Below, one piece after another: positions 1 through 15,306 of a DNA stretch of 64,000 nt; within the stretch, counting starts at the first letter, position 1; each line of letters opens with the position of its first letter. Made by a program: the position numbers and the translations under genes. The stretch comes from Phaeosaccion multiseriatum (lineage: Eukaryota > Protista > Ochrophyta, other classes). The DNA lies in contig OZ218954.1 in assembly GCA_965112735.1 (NCBI GenBank), positions 2,790,001 to 2,854,000 on the forward strand, given 5' to 3'. The notes under the pieces are model-generated. The model worked only from the letters and a program-made list of their open reading frames with translations. It was not told the origin of the DNA and did no database searches.

Positions 1-626
1 GCCCAAGGAGAGCTGGACGGGATGACGCTGGTGTGGTCGGAAGGGATGAGCGACTGGAAGCCTTTGGCGGAGGTGAGGAGCAGGAGCAGGGGATTGAATT
101 TCATCTCTCTTTCTCCTCTCCTTTGCTGTCATTTCTCTCTCCATTCTTCACGTAGAGTAAAGCCGCCCCTCCCCACCCTGCCTCGTCTCCTTTGCCCTCT
201 GCCCCTCACCTCAGTTGCCGGGGCTGAAGCAGCTCATGCAGATGGAGGCCGAAGGGGAGGAGGAGGCAGATATGGTGGAGAAGGACACAGCCCCTGCTGG
301 GAACGCGCAGCCCGGGGGAGGAGGGGATATCTTGGAACAGACTCAAGCGGCTATGATGGTGTTCGAGCCAGAGGAGGAGAAGCAGCCAGCTCTCCCCCAA
401 GAGATGCTGAACAAGATGAAAGAAAAGGTGCGTTGCCGTCTGTCGCTCCCCTGGGTTGCTTGGATGGGGCTCTCTGTCTCATAGAGCAGGTGTTTGATGA
501 CGAGCAAGTCGTAAGCTGCTATGAGCTGTGCAACAAAACTGATTTTTGTCTCGCTCCCTTTCCCCAAGCGATTCTCTCTCTTCACTGATCGACTCGTTCG
601 GCTTCTGCGTCGGTTGCTACTGCTGC

Positions 627-663
<37 letters not shown>

Positions 664-1366
664 GTCTCGCCCTCTATGCGTGTGTACCAAGCAGGATACA
701 ACAAGAGGTTACACCAGCGACGGAGGCACCCGGTATATTTGGGACGCAGACACCGACGCTTGGCGAGAAGCTCTCGAGGGAGAGAGCATCAGCGAAGACG
801 AAGACGAGGGAGGGGCGGGAGCAGAAACCAAAGGTGGGAAGGGCGAGGAGCCGGCATGGAGAGTGAACAAGAAGAAGAGAGAGGCGGCAAAGCAAGCGAT
901 ATGGCAAGAGAAGCTGAGGCTAAAGAAGCTCAAGGCAGAAGAGGAGGGCATTGTGTGGGTGGAATCGGGCAAAGGGAAAGACGCACAAACGGGTGCGGCG
1001 ACTAACGGTGGAGATGATTCAGGAGCAGCAGCAGCAGGAGGAGGAGGAGGGGAAGGGGAAGGGGGGGAGGCGAAGAAGAAGAAGAGGGGCGGCGGCAAGA
1101 AGAAGAGGAGGCTGGCGTTTAGTGAAAAGGCGACCAAGAAGTGGGTCTATGTCAAAGGCCTTCCAACGGACGTTACCGAGGACGAGCTGGCCACGCACTT
1201 CAAACTGGTGAGGAATGATTGACTTGCTCCGGGGGGGTAGGGAGACGGGGGCAGTGGTGGGTACACAAGTTTCATCTTTCAACTTTCCCACTTACTTGCT
1301 CGCTTACTACTACTCACTCTTCGGAGGCGCTTTCCGGTGCCTGGTCATGGACTGAATTCCCCTCTC

Positions 1367-1414
<48 letters not shown>

Positions 1415-2301
1415 GGTTGTTGTTGTCGTCGTCCTTGTTGTTGCTGTTGTGTCGGTACGCACCTTTCTCTTAGGCCGGCATCCTCGCGCTGGACCCTCAG
1501 ACACAACAGCCCAGGATCAAGCTCTACAGAGATGCCCACGGAATGCCCAAGGGGGACGCCTCCCTCTGTTACCACTCGGAGGAATCCGTCGCTATGGCTC
1601 TGAGCATCTTGGACGGTGGCCAGATCCGACCGGGGGTGGTCATAAGCGTGAGCAAGGCAGTGTTCGAGCAAAGGGGCGACACATTTGACCCCTCCAAGGG
1701 GCTTCGAAAAGATGATGCGAGGGTGAAAGTGGCTCGAGCGGCCCAGTCACAAGCGCTTTCTTGGAGCGAAGCGGACGACTCCGGGGCCTTGGGGAAGGGA
1801 TTGAAGATTGTGGTGATCATGAATGTGTTTGACCCTGCGGACTTTAAAGCCGCGGCGGCTGCGGCCGAGGCAGAGCAGAGGAGGAGGAGGGCAGAGAGAA
1901 AGAGAAAGCGAAACAGTGGCACAGCAGGAGGAGGGGGTGGTGACGAGGAGGACAGCGAAGACGAGGTAGACGGGGCGGGAGCGTTTGGTAGCGAGCTCGA
2001 AGAGGATTTGCGGGAGGAATGCTCCAAGCTGGGCCCACTGGAGAAGATTACCATCTTTAGTCGGAATCCTCTGGGGCCAGTGGCAGTCAAGTTTGGCACA
2101 TCATACGCGGCGGAGGCGTGCATAAAGCTTATGGATGGAAGGTTCTTTGGAGGGCGGAAGCTGCGATGTACCTACTGGGATGGAGTCACCAACTACACGG
2201 TGGAAGAGGATGAGGCGGATGTACAGAAGCGCATTGAGGGCTTTGGGGATTGGATTGACGAGCAGGAACTGCCGGAGGAGTTGCGGTTACGAGTGGAGTG
2301 A
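1..2301 (+). CDS. HTATSF1: TAT-SF1/CUS2-like U2 snRNP-associated splicing factor (GYF_2-like N-terminus, RRM + UHM); 5' partial
   Basis: Exons ~<1-72, 215-427, 692/695-1207, 1474-2301 join at GT-AG in frame. Motifs: TLVWSEGMSDWKPL (GYF_2/DUF4339-like), WVYVKGLPTDVT, RIKLYRD..GMPKGDA, EDLREECSKLGPLEKI, CIKLMDGRFFGGRKL..WDG.TNY, RIEGFGDWI. Confidence 0.9.
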
Positions 2302-2740
2302 GGAGGGAGAGGGAGGGGACGGTGTTTACGAGTGGAGAGGGGATGGGGGGGTGTTGTGTGGCGTCACTGCTGGCAAGGACGAGCTCGGGTGTACAGTGCC
2401 GTATTTTAGCAGAGGAGTTGCGGCGAAGAGGGAGGTCGAGGCCTCAGGGGCTCTGTGGTGGACAGGCCAATCAGTGGTCTTGTGGTAAACACAAGTTACT
2501 TGCTAATGGAGCTTCTTATTACAGTTAGTCAATCTTTGTGTCGCAGTGGCCTTCCATAAGCTCACGTCAAAGTATGTATGGATAGGAAATTACGAAAATT
2601 ACGCGACCGATGTATGGATGATGTATGTATGTACGTGTGCGCAGGGGGGACTGATGCGTTGCCCCTTCACACTCTCTCACCCACTATTCTTTCTACCCAC
2701 CCACATGTGTGCACTCGCCCACGCCCCAGCACACACCCAC

Positions 2741-2743
<3 letters not shown>

Positions 2744-2773
<30 letters not shown>

Positions 2774-2805
2774 TGTATGTATGTATGTATGTATGTATGT
2801 ATGTA
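2744..2805. repeat. (ATGT)n microsatellite
   Basis: Directly visible tetranucleotide run. Confidence 0.95.
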
Positions 2806-3017
2806 TCTCTCCCCCCCCAAGCCATGAGAAATCCGGACCCCCAACCCCCTCTCCCACCCTACTTACATGATTTTCTTCTTCCCCCTCTTTTGTGTCTACT
2901 GTCTACAATACGCGTTTACAAGATGGCCAAACGCAGCAGAGCCTCAAGCCTCAACAGCTCAACAGGCTCACTGCGACGCGATGAGTAAGCACCCTTCCTC
3001 TGACGGCACTTGCGCTC

Positions 3018-3656
3018 TCACTCTCCGCCGCTGCAAGGGCAGAGTGGACTCTGCCGTTCCCTTTTATGGATGTGCATTTGTTGCAGCAGCGCAAGCAGGT
3101 TCTCCCCCGTCGCCGCGTCGAAGCATCTGGTGGTGGCGCTTGTGTCAGTCCCAGTCGAGTCGTCAGGCCCAAGACGGCCACGGTTGATGGGTGAGGTGCC
3201 GTCTAAGGGCAGGCCAACGTCCGCCTCCGAAGCCGCGCTGCTGCTGTCATACCCTTCTGTGGTGTAAGCGTCGTCCCACAGCAGCCGACCACCGCGCCGC
3301 CGCAGGGGTACCGCGGAGGAGTGAAAGCCTCCATTCCCCTCCTCCTTCTCTCCCTCCTCTTTGGGCCGTTGGATCTTCCCTCTCGCAGAAGTGCTACTGC
3401 AGCCGGATAACTCGCCGGCGCTGAGTTGATCCCCCTCTTCACTCATCGCATCCTCCTCCTGGTGCTCTTCATCGCCCCCTTCGTCGTCACCGTCTTCAGC
3501 ACAAGTCAAGTCCACGTTTAACGCGCATTTGGAGAGTAGTGCTCTTCTGGGTCCTGGCCCTCGCCGCCCGAGGTAGGCCAGGAAGTCGGGTGTCGACCTG
3601 CATTTTTTGGTTAGGCTCAGCTCAGGTATGTTCATGACTGTTCGGCTTCGCTTCAT
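3018..3656 (-). CDS. Hypothetical protein (212 aa) with a probable 5'-UTR intron (~3696-3884)
   Basis: ATG-initiated ORF with acidic and low-complexity segments. Upstream on the minus strand are a pyrimidine-tract CAG acceptor (~3696) and a GTAAGG donor (~3884). Divergent from DHFR-TS. No recognisable domain. Confidence 0.5.
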   Translation of the reverse strand: MKRSRTVMNIPELSLTKKCRSTPDFLAYLGRRGPGPRRALLSKCALNVDLTCAEDGDDEGGDEEHQEEDAMSEEGDQLSAGELSGCSSTSARGKIQRPKEEGEKEEGNGGFHSSAVPLRRRGGRLLWDDAYTTEGYDSSSAASEADVGLPLDGTSPINRGRLGPDDSTGTDTSATTRCFDAATGENLLALLQQMHIHKRERQSPLCPCSGGE

Positions 3657-4256
3657 GCTTGCGCGCTACGCCCTCCACTTTCCAACGTGCACACTGTGGG
3701 GACAGGGAGAGAGAGAGAGTCAAGTTTATATATGAGGTGGGCGGTTCAAGATGGTCTCCAGCAGAGTGGGGGTGGGAGTTGAGGTAATGGAAAAGAGAAA
3801 AGGGAACGGGATAAAAAAAAGGAAAGAGGAGTACAGCAATCACTTCCGAAACCTCTATTATTTCGCTCCTTGCTTGCACCTTACCTAGTCAAAGATGATC
3901 TACATTGATGAGCGACTTGCCGCCTCTCTTATAAAAAAGTGTGGGGGTCTCTTGAGTTTCACCACAGCAGCTGGCACCTTCTGCCCATAGATTCAGCCCA
4001 CACCCTCTCTTGAATAACGGGAGAGATATGGAGTAACGGGAGTTGCCCTCTTACTATATGTCTGACTTCAACTGACGTGCTGATGATGGCTGACTTCTCG
4101 GTGGGAGAGCAGCCGTTCCAAAAGTTCCCGTTCAGGCGTTCGATGTTCACAAAGCTCAACTCCCGGATCTGTGATCCCGGCTGACCAACCCGTTTTTTTC
4201 AAATTCTCTCTGTAATTCTCTCTGTATATCCATCTCTGTTGTACATCTCTGCCCCC

Positions 4257-7641
<3,385 letters not shown>

Positions 7642-8462
7642 AGTGTAAAGTGTAAATTGGTTGATCTATGGCTTTCTTCATGACCTACTGTGGCAATGAC
7701 CTTAAGCTGTCAAAAGGAGGGGAGAGCGCACCCACATGACTTATCTCTCAATACAGCGATTGGTCGTTCAGCACCGTGTTTGATAGTTCAGTAAGAGTGG
7801 TACGTAGCCGAGGGCCCCGCTGCCGTCCTGCTGCCGTCCTGCTGCCTCCTGTCCTGCTGTTGTCCTGCTGCTGTCCTGCTGCTCTCTCTCTGTGGCTGGG
7901 GAGGGAGGAGGAGGGGGGTCGAGGAGTGCGGAGGCAGACGCACGGCCTCCGACCTAATCAACGCCCGCGCTAAACGCGTGTGTCGTGTGGAGCTGCCCGG
8001 TGCTATGACAGCCTTGTAGTCTTCGCTTTACTGACTTAAAGGTTCTCTTGTTCACGGTAGATTTGGTCTTATCGGGTTCAGGAGTGCGGAGGGGCCAACC
8101 AGGCCCTCAAAAAGGCCGCGTCCCGCGTCATTTAATATAATAATACGTAATTGAGCCTGTCCCACCTCCACCACAAAGCACCGTTCACCAGCGCAGTGCC
8201 GTGGGAGCGCTGCAAGTACGTGAACACGGAGGCTCAGGTGTTGCAGATGTGGGACGTATTGCGGCGGGCCACCGGAGTTGGGTTGCAGGGTGCCTCGCTG
8301 CAAAATTTTGGCCCAGTGCCACTCAGAATCTACGTAGTATAGGACACACCGACCATTAAATTGAACTTGAACTTTTTTTTCCCTTCCCCCCACTCATCAC
8401 ACACTCTTCCAAACAGTCTCCTCCTCCCGGTTTTGCTCCACCGACCTGCAGAGCCTCCGATC

Positions 8463-10615
8463 ATGGAAGAGGGACGTACCATGGAGGTTCGTCAACTCCT
8501 GCCTCAATTGGAATGGGGAGCACGTCTCCCTTGCTGTCGGCTCCTGTTGGCGTTGGCTACAAGCTCTCTTCTGATGCCTTTCTCGCTGTGCCTGACCTAT
8601 TCCCTCTAAACCCGCCCCGTACCTCTCTCTAACCACTCTTTTCTCTCTCCCTCACTCGCTGTCTCGATCATTCTCTCCATCTCAAGCAGGAAGAGGAGTC
8701 AGACGAAGAATGGCTTCCTAAGACGACGAGCAACAAAAAGCGGAGTAAGAAGAAGAGGAAAAAGAGCAGCGGAGCCCTACGCAAGATGGTCTGCAGCTCC
8801 GCAAGTCTCCGCCAAAATGCCCTTGAAGTGGTGATCCAGGCCCATCCCCCCCGCTTGGACGACCTCCTCTCCCTGGCCCAATCCTGTCGCGCCCTCAACG
8901 CGTATGTGGGGAAGGAGTACAAGCGAGTCCGCAAGGAAGTCCTCGTGACGAACAAGATAGACCCCATGCTCGCTTGGCTGGCGAGGGTCGGGCTCGGAAG
9001 GAAGGAGGTGTCACTGATGAGCCGTACCTACCTCTTTAGCTCTGCCCGGCTCGTCAAGCACGTGCGGCTCAATGCTGTTGTTGCCTATCTCTTCACGTTC
9101 AAGTGCCAAGTGTGCGACGCTCGGGTTCCCCAGGGCACCAAGAGTGACAGGCTTTACGAATACGGTGTGTACGCCCATCAGACTTGCCTCTTCCAGCAAG
9201 GCGTGGCTGACGACATGTTGTGCAAGACGTATATTGTGGCGCGAGATGAGCAGAGGAAGGACAAGGGTAATAAGGAGGGTGGCAGCATTCATATATCGGA
9301 GTGCCACCTCAATCATGCGCTGCCTGTCGAGGTAAGTAGTGCCAGTCAAAAGCCGCCCAACACTAGTCAGAGGGTAGAATGGCCACACCAAACCCCCACC
9401 CTTACAAACCCCACCCTTCCTACCCCCCTTGTTGTGCCGTTCTCGTACCTCTCAACACACAAGAAACGCCAAGGCAACTCGCGCCGTATGCACACTACCT
9501 ATGACTACTACGTCGCCTGGAACATACCCTACCCTTCCCTTATCGACGAGGAGCTGACCGTCTCTTACTACATTAAGCAGCTTCACCGAGAGAGGGCCGA
9601 GCGCTGCGAGATGATCCGACACGACAAGGAGGTGGGTGGGTGAAAAGTGCCTCTACAGCGGCAAGAAGAGCAAGACGACGGGGGGGGCACTGCTCACTAA
9701 CCATTCAACGCGCCAGTATGGGCTGTAATCCCTTCTTGACTGCGTGCCCCCCCCCCCCCCTGTCGGCGTCGCCCTGCTTCGCCCTTCTTCTCGTCCACCC
9801 TTGCTTGGCCTCTAACGGTTGTTGCTGATTGCTTCGCCCTACTCGGCGACGGAATACCCTCTCACCAGGCTCTCGCTACGAAGTGGGATCGCAAGCAGCG
9901 CCTGCGAGAGACGCTGCGGGAGAGGCAGATAGAGGCAAGGGACAAACGCATGACGCGGCTGCGAGACACGCACCTCACCGAAGCAGAGTACACCTTCCTC
10001 TTTGCTGCGGACATGAAGAGCCGACTCCGAAGCGTACTGGGGGACTGGGACTCGCTCAAGCTTAAGCCTACCACGAAGGTTGGGGACATAAAGGCAGCGC
10101 TACGAGCTCTCAACTCCCCTGTTCGTGCTCTTTCTCCTGCCCGTGCTGCTGCTGCTGCTGGCCCGCCTACTTCGGCTGGTGGTTCGGCTGGTGCGCAGCA
10201 GACTGGTGCTGCTGCTGCTGTGCTTTTTTCTTCGGGCATGCCTTCTTCTCTCCCTGCCGGTGCTGCTGCTGTCCGTGCTGTTGCCCGTGCTGCTGCTGCT
10301 GCTGCTGTGGCTGCTGGTATTGCTGCTGCTGGCCCTTCTTCTCCGGCTGATGGTTCGGCTGGTGCGCAGCAGACTGGTGGTGGTGGTGGTACTGCTGCTG
10401 CGGGCATGCCTTCTTCTCCGGCTGGTGGTTCGGTCGGTGCTGCGGCTGCTGCTGCTGCTGCTGCGGCTGCTGGTATTGCTGCTGCTGGCGGCCCTTCTTC
10501 TCCTGCTGGTGGTTCGGCTGGTGCGCAGCAGACTGGTGGTGGTGGTGCTGCTGCTGCGGGCATGCCTTCTTCTCCGGCTGGTGGTTCGGTTGGTGCAGAT
10601 CCGCTCACTACGTAG
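8463..10615 (+). CDS. Hypothetical protein with F-box-like segment, Cys/His cluster and Ala/Gly repeat tail
   Basis: Exons ~8463-8486, 8690-9331, ~9464-9630, 9870-10615 splice in frame. LDDLLSLAQSCRAL resembles an F-box helix; CQVC...HQTC is a possible Zn site; basic KKRSKKKRKK may be an NLS. Confidence 0.6.
10160..10600 (+). repeat. Three ~165-170 bp tandem units at the 3' end of the ORF
   Basis: Unit core GGTTCGGCTGGTGCGCAGCAGACTGGT...CGGGCATGCCTTCTTCTC recurs at ~10181, ~10352 and ~10511. Confidence 0.85.
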
Positions 10616-11569
10616 GGATCTCCCCCCTTACCCTTTCCGGAGGAGGGGCCGGGGAGGTGTTGCTCTGCGGCGGGTGAGCAAAGCTTTTATTGAGGGAGAG
10701 TCTTCGATCTGTGTCGGCCGGCGGGCGAGTAGTGAAGCTGACTCAATCAGACAAGGGGTCGAGCAGGATCGACCATTATGCCCGGGGGATGGACGAGGGT
10801 GCCAGAGAGGAGAGGTTGACGGAGAGTGACAAGTCATTGTCAAAGTATGTCTCGGCCAATCTCAAAGTGGACGTGTCCATCGACATTTTTCAACGCTGCG
10901 GCAAGAGAGCGGCTGCTCCAGAGGTGGACGAAGCCATGAAAGAAACGAGAAGCCGAGGAGGTGGGGTAAAGTTGGTTGTTCCCGTGTCTGCTTGCTTCCT
11001 TCCCTCACCAACCCACCCACCACTCCCTCGGCTCATCTCTCGGTCTCTCTCTCTCTCACACTCCCTCTACTCCCTCTCCCTCCCTCTCTCTCCCTCCCCG
11101 TCGCGCACCAGGCGCAGTTGGTGGTGAGTGAGGGCAAGGGAGGCGATATTTTCAATGAAGGCGAGCGAGCGGAGCGGGCTGGCTGGCTGGGAGGGCAAAG
11201 CCTCGTTGTTCCCTTTCTTCTTGTCGTGTCTGCTTGCCTCCCTCACCAACCCACCCACCACTCCCTCGGCTCATCCCCCTTGCTTGGTGGGCGGCTTGCT
11301 CCCGCCCCCGTCACTCGCGCTATAACCACACTCCGTTTCCGTCTCTTCATGTCGTGTGCATTTGGCGGGATGTTTTCGTTCGCCCTCTCATCAGCGAAAG
11401 ACAGCGCGACCACCACCGGCCAGAACGCGCACGTCACCTGCAAGGAAGGCGTGCATGCATGCATGCATGGCGAAGGGACAAGAGCAGAGCACACCGCGTG
11501 TGGCGTAATACACCTTCGCGCTACCGTTAGTCTTGCCGTTCCGCGCGTTGGGGCACGTGTATCCATTAT

Positions 11570-11836
11570 TGGTGGCCTTGCTGGCGAATTTGTATGCCGA
11601 AGTGCAGCTCTTGTAGCACCGGCACTGGGTCTTGCCGCTGTCCAGCGCGTTGGACGTCCGGCTGCACATGCCGAGCCGTTTGACGTATGAACTCGCGCGT
11701 GTGGCGTATTTACGTTCATACGTCAAATGGCTTGGCATGTGCAGCCGGACGTCCAATGCGCTGGACAGCGGCAAGACCCAGTGCCGGTGCTACAAGAGCT
11801 GCACTTCGGCATACAAATTCGCCAGCAAGGCCACCA
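11570..11836. repeat. Long inverted repeat (123-bp arms, 21-nt loop)
   Basis: 11570-11692 is the reverse complement of 11714-11836 with three substitutions and no indels. Confidence 0.97.
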
Positions 11837-12533
11837 GCGGGGTCTCCACCCCCCCCTCCGCCTCCTCGGAGGCACAGCAACTGACAAAGCCCCCCCCGGG
11901 CAGAGCCACCGAGGCGAGGCGGGCAGCCAGCGGCAATGCTGGGGGGCGCAGCAGTGCCCAGGGGGGCAGGCAAGGACAGGAAGGATGAAGGGGGGGTGGG
12001 CGACGTGGACGAGCCCACCCCCCCTTCACCCTCTTGTTCTAATTCAGTGGCAGTGGCAGCAGCAGCGGTAGCAACAGTGGCAGTGGCAGTCGTTTCCAGT
12101 AGCAGTGGTAGTAGTTTCGTAGTTTCCAGTAGCATGGGGGGGAGGAAGGAAGGAAGGGGGAAACAAAAAAATATTCCAAAAAAACAAAACGGAGAGGAGA
12201 AAGGGACATCAACCGGGCAAGCGGGGGGGGGCTCTCAGTCTTTGTCATAGGCCTTGGGCCTCTTTCGCAGGGACAAGAGCATCTGTTGCGTTGTCGTTTC
12301 CAGAAAAGAGTACTAAAAGGGTTTACCGTTGTGCTACGAAGTATTATGTATTGGTGCAGTAGTACGTAACTTGTGGGGATGAGAAACGAGGACAAAAATT
12401 GAGACAAAAATCGCTTTGCAGACGGGGATACTTTTGCCCTGCTGCCAGTTCCACACACAGCGGCAGCAGTTTGCTCCTTCTGAAACGCCAACCTGCTGGA
12501 GGAGCGACCCCCCCCCGGGCCCCTGTCTAAATA

Positions 12534-13258
12534 CTATAACGACATTTCGTCTGCTCTGCCTTGATCACCACCTCCCGCAGTGCCTCTTCCTCCGTCTCCC
12601 TGTTGCTCAGCTCCGGCCTGCGATCTACTGCTGCCCTTTCCCCTGCTACTGCCCTCGCCGCTTCCCTCCCCGCCCTCCCCTTCGCCTTCTTCTGAGCGCA
12701 CTTCCGCTGTGACGACGTAATCAAAGCCCAGTTGGAGCCTTCCGTTGTCGGCAGCACGCGTGCTCTCCCTTACCCGTTCTGTAACGTCTGCAATGTGCTG
12801 CTTCATGGCCGCCGCCAGAGCAGGGTCCTTGAACAGAGGCAGTTTCTTCGCGGCCACATCCAATTGCCTGAATACGTAACAGAAGGGAAGGGAGGGAGAG
12901 ACAGAGCGAGAGAGAAGAGAAAGGGCCACAGAGAAAGAGAGGGACGGAGAGAGAGAGAGAGAGAGAGAGAGGGACAGAGAGAGAGAGAGACAGAGAGGAA
13001 GAGAGAGGGAGAGAGGGAGAGAGAGCGAGAGAGAGAGAGCGAGAGAGAGAGAGCGAGAGAGAAAGAGAGGGATGGAGAGCGAGAGGGACAGATAGAGACA
13101 GAGCGAGAGGGAGTGCGTGAGTGGAAGTAGTGGTGAAAAGGGGAGAAGGAGGGGTGAGGTGAAGGTAAAGGCACTTCCAGTTTATTACGGCAAATATAGC
13201 CTAGACTGGGAGTCGTATCCACGGCGAGGGAGAGAGAAGAGAGAGAGAGAGAGGGAGA

Positions 13259-13289
<31 letters not shown>

Positions 13290-15217
13290 GGAGGGAAGGG
13301 AGGGAGGGAGAGAGGGAGGGGAGGGAGGGAGGGAGGGAGGGAGAGAGGGAGTGAGTAGGGTTGTTGGCGATGATGTGCCACACTCACCGAATGATGGTCT
13401 TCTCGCTATATAGGATGGGCAAGGTGGTGGAGCTCTTGACGACGTAACCCGACTTGCCTAGCTGCCGCCTGCCAGCGACGGGTACGGAAGCACAAGTAGT
13501 GTAGTGCCGTTTAGTGTCAGTCGGCGGCAGTTGGATAGATAGAAGGACAGAAGCCACACCGGGAAGGGGGTGGGGGGGGCGCGGCGGCTGAGTAACGACG
13601 CAGCAAGGGTGTACCGCGCCAAGCCGCTACGGAACATAACATAAAAGGCCCCATCTGACTGGTGTGGTGGCAGGTCAGACACGCATTCACGCACACACGC
13701 ACGCACACACGCACGCACACACGCACGCACACACGCACGCACACACGCACGCACACACGCACGCACACCGCAGCAGCCAACTCACTCTATCCAAGACTGA
13801 GGGTACTCCCTGTAGGGCCGGTGCCCTGCCAGCAGGATGCAGCAGTCGCGGATGCGCGTCACCTGCGGGCAGCAGCAGCAGTAACAACGGTAGAGAAGGA
13901 GAAGGAGAAGAAGAAGAAGAAGAAGAAGAAGAAGAAGAAGAAGAAGAAGAAGAAGAAGAAGAAGAAGAAGAAGAAGAAGAAGAAGAAGAAGAAGAAGAAG
14001 AAGAAGAAGAAGGAGGAGGAGGAGGAGGAGGAGGAGGAGGAGGAGGAGGAGGAGGATATTGGCTCAAGTAGGCGACGAGGGGGGGGGACGAGGAGGAGCA
14101 GGTGTTGGGCCCCTGCCGAACCGCGCGCACGCACACACACGCACCTCTGAAATGATCTCATGGATGCCTCCCGGGTGGTCTGGGATAGGTTGTAGGCCGA
14201 TGATGTACAGCCGCCCCCCTGGGGCCAGGTGCCGGCGAATCCTCGTGAATACCTGATCCTGGAAGAAGGGGCTGAAGCCGTCCACCGCCCCGATGAGGTA
14301 GTCGGCGAGAATGGTGTCGAACACCTAAGACGGGAGCCAGCATGGTAGGGTGACTTGAATGGCGAGAGATTCAAGGAGGGGGCTGGAGGGGGCTTCGGGC
14401 ATCACCGAAGAGAGCATGTGGGGTCCCCGTTAGGGCGGGGGGGGGGGCTGCCTCGATGCCTCACGCCTCACCTGTCCCTCTAGAAAGGCCTCGTCGTTCC
14501 AGTTGCCCACCACGATGCTATCCTCCTTACCAGGGGAGAAGCCCAACTAGAGGCGGTATAGAGGCGGTAATAGAGGAAGTAACGCAATGCAAACAGGGTG
14601 AGCAAGCGTCAGAGGGAAGCGAGTGTGCTGCAACTCAGCTCAACTCCTCACCTGCTTCTTCATATTATTCCCAAATGCCTCATCTGCCGTGACGGCGGTC
14701 CACCCCTTGGTGTCCAGCGAATGCACCCATTTGAGGCTGTGTGTGCCCGTGCCTGCGTCCAAAAATCTGCCCCACTCCCTTCCTTCATTCGACTTCTCCA
14801 GGATGCCGAAGAGCTTGTCTGGCACTGGTGCCGAACCTCCTCCCAGCGCTGCAGCCGCGGCGGCCTGGATCCCATTCGCTGCCGACGTCAGAAGCCCCCC
14901 TGTGCCATCACGCGGACAGTTAGTTCGAGAGAGTTGTTTCTTGTCTCTCAACCCCTCCACCTCCTCCGCTTCTCCTCCTACCCCCCTCTTTTGTGTGCCA
15001 CCTCTTTAATACCTGTGTTCGCTCGAAGCGCCGAAGCGTTATCGAGGAGGAGAGACATGCAAAAGAGGAAGAAGAGCATCCAAGTGTGCGGGAACGCTAA
15101 GTGGGTGTCTTCGACATTCAGCGCCGGGTCACAGAAGGCGGGGTCAACGCCGATCTTCCCCCCCATCCCCCCTTCCTCCCATACCCTAAGAGCTCTCACT
15201 CTATGAGCAATTGACAT
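12534..15217 (-). CDS. Class I SAM-dependent methyltransferase-like protein
   Basis: Spliced MSIAHRVRALR|VLKRW...FLDAGTGTHSLKW (motif I)...FDTILADYLIGAVDGFSPFFQ...LAPGGRLYIIGLQP...RDCCILLAGHRPYREYP...RQLDVA...LGFDYVV; stop at 12534. Confidence 0.85.
13905..14055. repeat. (GAA)n(GGA)n intronic microsatellite
   Basis: Directly visible; lies within an intron of the methyltransferase gene. Confidence 0.95.
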
Positions 15218-15306
15218 GATATCCGCCTGAAGAAAACTCACAGTCTGCTTGCCGTCGAGGAGAAGTTTAGCTGTCCTCTTCTTAGGAAGGAAAGTGGCAG
15301 TGCAAA

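Noticed and set aside
1-72. GYF_2-like domain fused to TAT-SF1 as a novelty
   Set aside because: As I recall, this architecture is already known in plant TAT-SF1 homologues.
7650-8460. Possible gene or transposon between DHFR-TS and the 8463 gene
   Set aside because: Only short ORFs without recognisable motifs, and I found no TIR or TSD.
9862-10608. Minus-strand 248-aa ORF of EPPAGEEG repeats
   Set aside because: Antisense shadow of the GC-rich repeat at the 3' end of the + strand gene; no independent support.
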